64,000 nt of DNA, from the NCBI GenBank assembly GCA_963842085.1, contig CAWJET010000001.1, positions 3,104,001-3,168,000 on the forward strand. The letters run 5' to 3'. Within the stretch, counting starts at the first letter, position 1. Every line of letters starts with the position of its first letter. This document shows positions 20,324-28,971 of the stretch, piece by piece. A program made the position numbers and the translations under genes. The notes under the pieces are model-generated. The model had not been told where the DNA came from and did no database searches. It saw only the letters and a program-made list of their open reading frames with translations. The stretch comes from an uncultured delta proteobacterium. GTDB taxonomy: Bacteria > Desulfobacterota > Binatia > Binatales > Binataceae.

Positions 20324-22714
20324 ATGAGCTGGTACCGCTTGGGCCAATGGATTCTGCGCCGGCGCTTTCTGGTGTTGGGCGTGGTCGGCGCGCTCACCGC
20401 ATTTTTCGGCTACTACGCGGCGCAAACCCAGCTGGTCACCAGCTTCGGCGACCTGCTGCCGCAGAATCATCCGTTCATCAAGGTCGCACACAAGTACGAC
20501 CAGTACTTCGGCAGCGTCAACAACGTCACGATTATGATCGAGGCGAAAGAGGGCACGATCTACACTCCCGGGATCATCAAGAAGATCGTGCAGATGACGC
20601 GCGACCTTGATCTGGTTTACGGCATCCAGCACGGCTCGGTGCGCTCGATTGCGACGGCCAGCTATTTTCGCCCGCTGGCCGGCGGCGTGATTCTCAATAC
20701 GCCGGTGCTGCCCAACGGCGAAATTCCCACGATCGCAGGCGAGCTTGAAGAACTCGAGAGCAACGTCCACAAAAATCCCGGGGTGATCTTCGGCCGCTTC
20801 GTCTCGCTCGACGACCGGGCGGCGGTGATCGAGGGCAGCTTCCTGGAATCGCGGCTCGACTACACCCGCATCTTCGATGAGATCAGGCGCATCGTGGTTG
20901 AGCCGGAGCGCGACTCGACGGTGCACATCTACGTCGGCGGGCAGCCGATCCTCTACGGATGGGTGTATCACTACACCCCGGAATTTCTGTGGATCTTTGT
21001 CGCCACGGTGCTGGCGGTCTGGATGCTGCTCTATTTTTATTTCCGCGATTGGCGGGGTGCGCTGCGGCCGACGATCTCCGGCGTCATTTGCGCCATCTGG
21101 GGCCTCGGCTTCATCCGGCTGCTGGGCTTCGGGCTCGATCCGCTGGTGCTGGTCATCCCGTTCCTGATAACGGCTCGCGCGGTGAGCCATTCGGTGCAGA
21201 TGCACGATCGGTACTACGAGGAGTTTTACCGGCTGCGCGACAAGGAAAGGGCCATCCTGTCGTCGTTCTCCGAGCTGTTCGTGCCGTCGCTGTCGGGAAT
21301 TCTGGCCGACGCCTTCGGCGTGCTGATCATCCTGCTGGTACCGGTTCTGTTTCTGCAGAAACTCGCGATCACCGCGAGCTTCTGGATCGCCGCGATCATC
21401 GTGAGCGAGCTGATACTCAATCCGATCGTGTACTACTACCTCGAGCCGCCGCGCATCGAGGTGATCGAGCGGCGCGAGCATGGCCTGTTCAAACGCATGC
21501 TGCAGGCGATGGCCAAATGGATGCTGGAGCGATCGGGGCGCATCGCCACCTTCGCCGCCACGGCAGCGGTGATTGCGCTGTGCGCGTTCTTCTGGACCGG
21601 CCTCAAGGTCGGGGACCCGTCGTCTTCATCGCCCATCCTGTGGCCCAACTCGGCGTACAACCGCTCGATGGCCGCGATCCAGGACGAGTTCGGCGCGATC
21701 GAGCAGTTCGTGGTCGTCGCGGAACTTGCCAAGCGCGACTCGCTCAACGATCCCAGGCTCTACCATGTCATGGACGAGTACGAGCGCTACATGGAGCGCG
21801 ATCCGGCGGTGGGGCGGACCTTCTCGGTGGCCGATCTGCTGTCGAACGGCGGCTCCGCGCTCAGAGAGTTTCAGCCCAAGTGGAACGTGCTGCCGACCAC
21901 CAGGCGCGGTACCGGACAACTGCTCGGCGGATTGCTGGCGGGAGCGTCGCCGCTCTCGACCGCCTACATCATCACGCCGCGCCGCGACGCGACCCAGATG
22001 ACGGTGTATTGCAAGGATCGCCAGGGCGAAAACGTCCAGCGAGTCGTGCTGCGCACGCAGCGATTCTTCGCTGAGCCGCAGCATCATGTGCCCGGCGTCA
22101 CGTTTGCGCTGGCCGCGGGAATAATCGGCGAGCTGGCCGCCGCCAATCAGGAGATCATCGACAATGATGTTTTGCTCAACGTCCTCGCGTTCGCCACGAT
22201 CTACATAATAATCCTGGTTACGTACCGCTCGTTTATGGCGGGACTGTACTTGCTATTCCCCCTGGCGCTGGCCAACGCCGCGATCAACGCCTACATGGGC
22301 GCGCACGACATAGGTATCAACATTAATACTCTGCCGGTAGTCACTGTCGGAGTCGGATTCGGGATTGACTATTCTATTTACGTAGTAAGCCGGATTATCG
22401 AGGAACTTGCCGAGGGCCACGATCTCAAAGAAAGTACCTATACCGCCCTGGTCACTTCGGGAAAGGCCGTCGCCTTCACTGCGCTGACGCTGGTCGCGTC
22501 GGTTCTGTTCTGGTACTGGTCGAGCATCCGCTTCGACGCGGAGATGGGCCTGTTGCTTGCGGTCTGGATGTTCGTTTCGATGCTTGGCGCGATGACGATT
22601 CTGCCGGTCATGATCGTGACTTTCGATCCCGCATTCATCCGGCACGAGAAGAAACGTTTGATCGGATCGAAGGCGCTCGAACTCGAGGGTCATACGGTGG
22701 CCGCATCTTCCTAA
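20324..22714 (+). CDS. MMPL/RND family transporter
   Basis: Two-fold TM/periplasmic repeat, ARAVSHSVQ, VGVGFGIDYSIY. Confidence 0.92.
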   Translation: MSWYRLGQWILRRRFLVLGVVGALTAFFGYYAAQTQLVTSFGDLLPQNHPFIKVAHKYDQYFGSVNNVTIMIEAKEGTIYTPGIIKKIVQMTRDLDLVYGIQHGSVRSIATASYFRPLAGGVILNTPVLPNGEIPTIAGELEELESNVHKNPGVIFGRFVSLDDRAAVIEGSFLESRLDYTRIFDEIRRIVVEPERDSTVHIYVGGQPILYGWVYHYTPEFLWIFVATVLAVWMLLYFYFRDWRGALRPTISGVICAIWGLGFIRLLGFGLDPLVLVIPFLITARAVSHSVQMHDRYYEEFYRLRDKERAILSSFSELFVPSLSGILADAFGVLIILLVPVLFLQKLAITASFWIAAIIVSELILNPIVYYYLEPPRIEVIERREHGLFKRMLQAMAKWMLERSGRIATFAATAAVIALCAFFWTGLKVGDPSSSSPILWPNSAYNRSMAAIQDEFGAIEQFVVVAELAKRDSLNDPRLYHVMDEYERYMERDPAVGRTFSVADLLSNGGSALREFQPKWNVLPTTRRGTGQLLGGLLAGASPLSTAYIITPRRDATQMTVYCKDRQGENVQRVVLRTQRFFAEPQHHVPGVTFALAAGIIGELAAANQEIIDNDVLLNVLAFATIYIIILVTYRSFMAGLYLLFPLALANAAINAYMGAHDIGININTLPVVTVGVGFGIDYSIYVVSRIIEELAEGHDLKESTYTALVTSGKAVAFTALTLVASVLFWYWSSIRFDAEMGLLLAVWMFVSMLGAMTILPVMIVTFDPAFIRHEKKRLIGSKALELEGHTVAASS

Positions 22715-22752
22715 TCATCGACTCTCGTGGATAATCTGATCCGGTGCCCGCG

Positions 22753-23136
22753 ATGAAACTCCAGCGGCTGGATCATTTCGGTATCGAGGTGGCGGACCTC
22801 GCGCGCGCGGAACGCTTCTATGCGGGCGTCCTCGGCCTTCAAGTGGTCAACCGTTTCGGCGATCAGATCTTGCTCGATTGCGGTGGACAGAATCTTGCGC
22901 TGTTCGAGGTGCCGCGGCCGCCGCTCGACACCGCCGCGCGCCAATCGATCATCGGCCACCCGCTCGGCCGCGGTCATCACGCGTTCAAGGTGAAGGCGAC
23001 CGATTTTGCCGGCGCACGCGAGCGCCTGTCGGCGGCCGGGGTCGAGAGCGCCGCGCCGATCGACTGGGGCGATCACGACTGCATCTACTTTCTTGACCCC
23101 GACGGCAATCTGCTCGAGATGGTGAGTTACCGCTGA
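22753..23136 (+). CDS. VOC/glyoxalase family protein
   Basis: LDHFGIEV...FY...HHAF...YFLDPDGNLLE. Confidence 0.9.
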   Translation: MKLQRLDHFGIEVADLARAERFYAGVLGLQVVNRFGDQILLDCGGQNLALFEVPRPPLDTAARQSIIGHPLGRGHHAFKVKATDFAGARERLSAAGVESAAPIDWGDHDCIYFLDPDGNLLEMVSYR

Positions 23137-23149
23137 ATGCCGGGCTGAA

Positions 23150-24127
23150 ATGCCGCGCGTGCCTGGTTCGTCGCCAATGAACTCGGGCCCCATGATCCGC
23201 GCGGAGGATCTGCGCAAGCGCTACGGCCAGCGCGTCGCGCTCGACGGCGTATCGTTCGCTGTGAACGCCGGTGAGATCGTCGGCCTGCTCGGGCCCAACG
23301 GCGCCGGCAAGACCACCACCCTCTCGATCCTGTCGGGCGTGATCGCCCCGGACTCCGGCCACGCCTCGATTGCGGCGCACGACCTCGCCACCGAGCCGCG
23401 CCTGGCGCGCAGAAGCCTCGGCTTGGTGCCGCAATCGCTCGCGCTGTACCCCACGCTGACCGCGCTGGAAAACCTGCTGTTCTTCGGACGGATGCAGGGG
23501 ATGGCTGCGCGCGACGCGCTCAGCCGCGCCCGCAGTCTGCTCGACGAAGTCGGCCTGGGCGATCGCGCCGGCGACGTGGTAAACGAATTTTCCGGCGGCA
23601 TGATGCGCCGGCTGAACATCGCGTGCGGAATGATGCACTCCCCGGCGGCGATCATGCTCGACGAGCCAACCGTCGGCGTCGATCCGCAATCGCGCGGACG
23701 CATCTTTGCCGTGGTCGAGGCGGCCGCGCAAGCCGGCGGCGCCATCCTCTACAGCACGCACTACATGGAAGAAGCCGAACGGCTGTGCGATCGGATCGTG
23801 CTGATCGATCACGGGAAAATAGTTGCGCAGGGCACTGACCGGGAGCTGATCGCATTGGCGGGAAGCGAGCCGCGGATCGAAATCATGACGAAAAAAGCGC
23901 TCCCGCGCGGATGGTCCGACGGCATCGCGGGCGTCAGCGAACTGCCGTGGGAAGTCATCGACGGCTTTGCGGCCGCGGCCACGCTGCGCACACTCGAGCA
24001 GGTGCCCGACGTAATTAGCCGGGCCGCCAAGGCCGGCGACGAGGTCATCGAATTCCACGTCCATCGCCCCAATCTCCAGGACGCATTCCTGAGACTCACC
24101 GGCCATGCGCTGCGCGACACACCATGA
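23150..24127 (+). CDS. ABC-2 exporter ATP-binding protein
   Basis: GPNGAGKTT, FSGGM, LDEPT, STHYMEEAE. Confidence 0.93.
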   Translation: MPRVPGSSPMNSGPMIRAEDLRKRYGQRVALDGVSFAVNAGEIVGLLGPNGAGKTTTLSILSGVIAPDSGHASIAAHDLATEPRLARRSLGLVPQSLALYPTLTALENLLFFGRMQGMAARDALSRARSLLDEVGLGDRAGDVVNEFSGGMMRRLNIACGMMHSPAAIMLDEPTVGVDPQSRGRIFAVVEAAAQAGGAILYSTHYMEEAERLCDRIVLIDHGKIVAQGTDRELIALAGSEPRIEIMTKKALPRGWSDGIAGVSELPWEVIDGFAAAATLRTLEQVPDVISRAAKAGDEVIEFHVHRPNLQDAFLRLTGHALRDTP

Positions 24128-24173
24128 ACCTCACGCGTTGCACGACTGACGGCCGGGTTTTGCCGAGGCGCTG

Positions 24174-25901
24174 ATGACGCTGCTGGCGGTGTGGCTGACG
24201 ATCGGCAAGGAATTCCTGCTTATCCGGCGCGATCGGGTCGGCCTGTTCATGCTGCTGGTCGCGCCAATTGCGGTCATCGCGGCCGCCGGTTTCTCGCTGG
24301 CGAAAGTGTACGGCGGTCGAAGAGCGCCGCGCGGTGAATATGCGGTGGCGGTTGTCGACGAAGACCACGGCGCCGTCGCGCGCGCCATCCTCGACGCGCT
24401 CGCGCATCGGCGGGAGCTCTCCGTCATTCACTGTGTGAGCCGCGCCGACGCTGAGCAGACTGTGCGCGAGCGAAAACTGGCGGTGGTTGGAATAGTCATT
24501 CCGCCCGGAACGACCGATGCGATCGAACACGGCCGCGGCGCGCAGCTCATTCTCTACACGGATCCGGTCAAGTACCTGCAGAGCGTAAAGATCGAGCTGG
24601 CGCTTTCGGAGTTGTGCAGCAAGGTCAGCGCCGGCGCGGCCGCCCAGGCGCGCAGTCAAACCGCCGAACGAACCCGCGACTTTACCCGCCAGCTCGAACA
24701 GGCGCGCGCATCCGCCGCGCAGGCGCGGACCGAAGCCGCTCGCCTGGCGACGGAAGCCGAGGCGTCGCGCGCTGCGCTCGCGCCGCGCATTCACGCGCGC
24801 ATCGAGACCGCCTTGACCGCTGCGCGCGATCAAACCCGGCGCGCGCTCGACACCGAGTTGGATCGCATCCAGCGCAAGCTCGACGCCGACACCGCTGCGC
24901 AGCAGGCGAAGCTGGACGCGCTCAAGGATTATCTGAACCGCCTCGAAATAGCGCGCGGGCGCTTCGAGACCTGGTTCGCGCAACTGCAGCAACTCGCCGG
25001 CAGCCATGCCGCCGACATCCCGGCGCCGCCGGCCATCCCGAGCTTGCCGCCCGATCTGGATCTCGGAGCGATCAAACTGCAACCCGCCGCGGAGCTCAAG
25101 GACGCCCGGGCCGGGCTCGAAAACGCGCTCACGATTCCGCCGATCGATCTCAGTCTGCCCGCGCTGCCGGCGATGCCAAAAATTCCGCCGGTCAAAATTC
25201 CCAGCATTCCCGCGATCGATGCGAGCCTCGCGATTCCGGGCACGCTCGGACTCACCGAGGTCGATTCGAGCGGCAGGGAAATCGGCGCAGTCGCCGGATT
25301 CAACGCGTTCGATCTCCAGGTGCCGGGGTTCGCGGTAACCTTTCTTTTGATCGGGATGCTGATGGGCGTGTCGCTGGCGCTGATCGATGAGCAGGATTGG
25401 GGCACGCTCGAACGCTTGCGCTCGGCGGCGGCGCCGCTGTGGACCACGCTTACCGGAAAGTTGCTCGCCCGCTTCGTCGTCGGCTTCATCCAGATGGCGG
25501 TGCTGTTCGCGGCCGGCTACGTGCTGTTCGGAATTTCGCTCGGCCGCACGCCGGTGGCGCTGGTGATGCCGGCCGCGGCGATCGCTTTCGCCGGCGCGGC
25601 ATTCGGCTTGATCGTGGCCGGGGTGGGGCGGACGCGCGATGCGGTTCTGCCCGTGGGTGCAATCGTGATCATGACGATGGCGGCGATTGGCGGCTGCTGG
25701 TGGCCAATCGACTTCGAACCCGCCTGGATGCAGCATCTTGCGCTCGCGTTGCCGACCACGTGGGCGATGCGCGCGTTCAACGACTTGATGATTCGCAACC
25801 TGGCCGCCTCGAGCGCGTTGTTTCCGGCCGCTGTCAATTTCGGATTCGGAATTCTTTATACCGTTATTGGGGTCGCGATCGCGCGCCGCCGTTTCGGCTG
25901 A
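24174..25901 (+). CDS. ABC-2 exporter permease with a large coiled-coil/Pro-rich insertion
   Basis: KEFLLIRRD N-terminus, C-terminal ABC-2 TM block (GTLERL...GKLL, GGCWWP). Confidence 0.85.
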   Translation: MTLLAVWLTIGKEFLLIRRDRVGLFMLLVAPIAVIAAAGFSLAKVYGGRRAPRGEYAVAVVDEDHGAVARAILDALAHRRELSVIHCVSRADAEQTVRERKLAVVGIVIPPGTTDAIEHGRGAQLILYTDPVKYLQSVKIELALSELCSKVSAGAAAQARSQTAERTRDFTRQLEQARASAAQARTEAARLATEAEASRAALAPRIHARIETALTAARDQTRRALDTELDRIQRKLDADTAAQQAKLDALKDYLNRLEIARGRFETWFAQLQQLAGSHAADIPAPPAIPSLPPDLDLGAIKLQPAAELKDARAGLENALTIPPIDLSLPALPAMPKIPPVKIPSIPAIDASLAIPGTLGLTEVDSSGREIGAVAGFNAFDLQVPGFAVTFLLIGMLMGVSLALIDEQDWGTLERLRSAAAPLWTTLTGKLLARFVVGFIQMAVLFAAGYVLFGISLGRTPVALVMPAAAIAFAGAAFGLIVAGVGRTRDAVLPVGAIVIMTMAAIGGCWWPIDFEPAWMQHLALALPTTWAMRAFNDLMIRNLAASSALFPAAVNFGFGILYTVIGVAIARRRFG

Positions 25902-25921
25902 GAGATGGAGCACTCGCCAAA

Positions 25922-26611
25922 TTGACAAAATCCGCCAATGAATTTCGCGGCGTCCTCCGGCACGCCTTGATTGCGCTCGGCGGCGCACTCGCGCTGATGG
26001 TCTTCGCGCCGCACGCGGCCGGCGCGGCCACGATGCGGTTCAAGGTCGACGCCGACCGCAGCACGGTGAGCGTAGCGGTCGCGGAGCCGGCCGCCTTCAT
26101 CCGCGGCAGCGCCATCGGCACGTTCCGGATAATCGACGGCGCGGTGAGCGGCGACCCCGCCAACATCCCGGGCACCGCCAAGGTGCGAATCCTGATCGAC
26201 GCCGGCAGCTACAGCAGCGACAGTGCGACGCGCGATCGAGTAGTTACCGAAAAATCGCTCGAGGCGGACAAATATCCGACCGTCGGGTTCGAGAGCAGCA
26301 GCGTCGTCGGGGTCGTGATGACCGGTCCCCGGGAAGGCACCGCGATCGTGACCGGATTCCTGACCCTCCACGGCGAAACGCATGCCATGACCATGACTGT
26401 CCACGCGACGCTCGGCGCGGACGGCGTGTTCACAGGTGACGGTGAAGTTAAATTCAACTACGACGAGTTCGGCGTCAAAGTTCCCGGCCTTCTGTTTGGC
26501 GCGATTCTGGCCGGCGACGAGGCGACGGTTCGCTTTCGCATCGTCGCGGTCAACGCCGCCGCGCCCGCTCCGAACGCGGCTCCCTCCGCGGCAGGCGCGC
26601 CACCGCATTGA
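25922..26611 (+). CDS. YceI family protein
   Basis: Signal peptide, RD...LEADKYPTVGF, GFLTLHGET, FGV; start uncertain. Confidence 0.85.
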   Translation: MTKSANEFRGVLRHALIALGGALALMVFAPHAAGAATMRFKVDADRSTVSVAVAEPAAFIRGSAIGTFRIIDGAVSGDPANIPGTAKVRILIDAGSYSSDSATRDRVVTEKSLEADKYPTVGFESSSVVGVVMTGPREGTAIVTGFLTLHGETHAMTMTVHATLGADGVFTGDGEVKFNYDEFGVKVPGLLFGAILAGDEATVRFRIVAVNAAAPAPNAAPSAAGAPPH

Positions 26612-26663
26612 CGGCGGTAAAGGCGGTTGTCCGCGAGGCGGTCCATCAACTAGAAGCTTGAGC

Positions 26664-27584
26664 ATGGTGGAATTAGCGACTTCTCCGCGCGGCGCAAAAC
26701 TCCCGGCCGCGGTCACCGAGTTGGCAGCAACGATCGAAGCCGACGGCGGTGCGGCGCTCGCCGCCTATCAAGAGCCGATCGGCGAGCACTGGCAGTTGTT
26801 CGCGCTGCTGCCGATTGCGAAAGTGGAGGCGACGCCGTATCAGCGCGACCTCTCGCCCGCGCATCTGAAGCGAATGATCGAAGTGATGAAGAAGCTCGAC
26901 CGGTTTACCGAGCCGATCGTCGCCGTTCACACGGCCGGCACCTACTGGACTCCCAACGGCAACCATCGCCGCGCTGCCGCGGTGAAGTCCGGGGCCAAGA
27001 CGATTCCGGCGATTGTGATACCGGATCCCGAGGTCGCCTTTCAGATCCTTGCGCTGAACACCGAGAAGGCGCACAACCTGCGCGACAAGGCGCTCGAGGT
27101 TATCCGGATGTATCGCGCGCGTCTGGGGGAGCGGCCCAAATCCGCCGAGAAAGACTTCGCCTTCGAGTTCGAGCGCGCCCATTACATCACGCTCGGGCTG
27201 CTTTATGAAACAAAGCCGCGATTTTCGGGCGGCGTGTTCGCGCCCCTGCTGAGCCGCGTGGACACATTCCTTACCAAGCCGCTCAAGGACGCGATCGAAG
27301 ATCGCCGGGAGCGCGCGGCCCAGGTCGAGCGCGCCGACGAGTTGGCGGTTGAACTGGTAGCCGCGGGCAAGAAGCGCGGCCTGATGCATCCTTATCTGAA
27401 GAATTTTATCGTCGCGCGATGCAATCCGCTGACGCGTGCGCGAAAAAATCTTCCGACCTGCAAGGCGGCGCTGGCAAGCATGATCAAGGCGCTCGAGGAA
27501 TTCGATCTCGGCAAAATTCATTTCGGCCAGATTCGCGACGCGGCGCAGATCGCCGCCGCCACCTCGGTGGCCGAGCCCAACTGA
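26664..27584 (+). CDS. ParB N-terminal (Srx/ParB) domain protein
   Basis: PYQRDLS, YWTPNGNHRR, LALNTEKAHNL. Confidence 0.8.
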   Translation: MVELATSPRGAKLPAAVTELAATIEADGGAALAAYQEPIGEHWQLFALLPIAKVEATPYQRDLSPAHLKRMIEVMKKLDRFTEPIVAVHTAGTYWTPNGNHRRAAAVKSGAKTIPAIVIPDPEVAFQILALNTEKAHNLRDKALEVIRMYRARLGERPKSAEKDFAFEFERAHYITLGLLYETKPRFSGGVFAPLLSRVDTFLTKPLKDAIEDRRERAAQVERADELAVELVAAGKKRGLMHPYLKNFIVARCNPLTRARKNLPTCKAALASMIKALEEFDLGKIHFGQIRDAAQIAAATSVAEPN

Positions 27585-27603
27585 AAAAAGATGGATATAC
27601 GAC

Positions 27604-28398
27604 ATGGCTGATCAAATCGTACTGTACGAAGCGCGCTACCCGGCCGCGATAATCACGCTCAACAACCCGGACCATCGCAACGCACTCAGCGCCGCGATGA
27701 TCGACGCGCTGATGGCCGCGATTGCGCGCGCCGAAGCGGATCCGCGCGTGCGTGCGCTGATCTTCACCGGCGCCGGTCACGCATTTTCCGCCGGGATGGA
27801 CCTCGGCGAGCTGCGGGCAATCCTCGACCGGCTACCGGTCGACGGAGCGGGATCGGTCTGGGACGGTGCGCTGCGCGGCGAGGCGTTGATCGAGCGCGTC
27901 TATCGGCTGGGCAAACCTTCGATCGCCGCCGTCAATGGGGTCGCAGTCGGTAACGGCGCGGGATTCCTCAGCGCCTGCGACCTGGCGGTCGCCGCGGAGA
28001 ACGCGCAGATCGGATACACGGAAATGAAACATGGCATTCAGGCGGGGATGGTGATCCTCCACCTGATGCGTCTGGTCGGCGAGCGCGTCGCGAGATATCT
28101 GCTGTTAACGGGCGAACTGATGACCGCCGAGCAGGCGATGGCGCTCGGACTGGTCAACAAGGTGGTACCGCCGGGCGAGCTGATGGCCTGCGCGCTTGGG
28201 TGGGCAGATGCGATCGCGATGAATGCGCCGAAAGCGGAAGCGACTACCAAGTCATTGATGTGCAAATTTTCCGGCCAGGCGATAGCTATGAGCATGACCG
28301 AATACATCGCCGCGCCGCACATCACCGACGAAACCCGTTCGGGGCTAGAGTCCTTCTTTGACAAGAAGCCGGTGCCGTGGTCGCTCAAACCGTCATGA
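27604..28398 (+). CDS. Enoyl-CoA hydratase/isomerase family protein
   Basis: FSAGMDL, AAVNG, YTEMKHG. Confidence 0.9.
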   Translation: MADQIVLYEARYPAAIITLNNPDHRNALSAAMIDALMAAIARAEADPRVRALIFTGAGHAFSAGMDLGELRAILDRLPVDGAGSVWDGALRGEALIERVYRLGKPSIAAVNGVAVGNGAGFLSACDLAVAAENAQIGYTEMKHGIQAGMVILHLMRLVGERVARYLLLTGELMTAEQAMALGLVNKVVPPGELMACALGWADAIAMNAPKAEATTKSLMCKFSGQAIAMSMTEYIAAPHITDETRSGLESFFDKKPVPWSLKPS

Positions 28399-28713
28399 TT
28401 TGCGGCCTTTGGCCCGCGCGCGATTGGATCGCATGAAGAAGTCGTTGATGGCGCCGAGCTGCTTTTCGTCGTAGGCGGCGAAGACGCGGTCCATGCGGGC
28501 GAGGATCGGCTTGTAAAACCTGGCAATCCTCTTTTTCGGCGCCGCAGCGAATCGCACGATGACGCTGCGGCGGTCGCGCGGATTGCGCTCCCGCTCGACG
28601 TAGTGCGCCCGTTCCAGCCGATCAAGAACGACCGTCATGCAGCCGCTGCTGAAGCCCGCAAGCTTCGCCAGATTGCCGGGCGTGGCGGGCCCGAAGAGGC
28701 CGAGCCACCGCGC
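28393..28713 (-). pseudogene. MarR family regulator, 5'-truncated
   Basis: LGLFGPATPGNLAKLAGFSSGCMTVVLDRLER...RNPRDRRSVIV; in-frame stop immediately upstream (28714-28716) and no N-terminal helix. Confidence 0.75.
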
Positions 28714-28943
28714 TCATCATCGATCTCCGCAAAGACGTGTCGAAGGAGGCCATCGACGCCGAGGTCGTGAAGCTCAAGCAGAGCGCGGTGAACGCCTTCT
28801 TTACGCGGTGGGCCTTTCGCCTGATGCTCATTCGGCGCGCCTACACCAGGGATCAGTTCGTGGATTTCATCCGGCAAACCCGGTTCACCAAGACCGACAT
28901 CATGGAGACACCAATCGGCTTCGAGATTTCTCTGGTCAAGTGA
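28707..28943 (+). pseudogene. C-terminal fragment of a probable class I SAM-dependent methyltransferase
   Basis: TALIIDLRKDVSKEAID...RRAYTRDQF...; no SAM-binding N-terminal part; abuts the MarR fragment back to back. Confidence 0.6.
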
Positions 28944-28971
28944 TTGGCGCGGGTCCGGAGTAAACGCGCGG

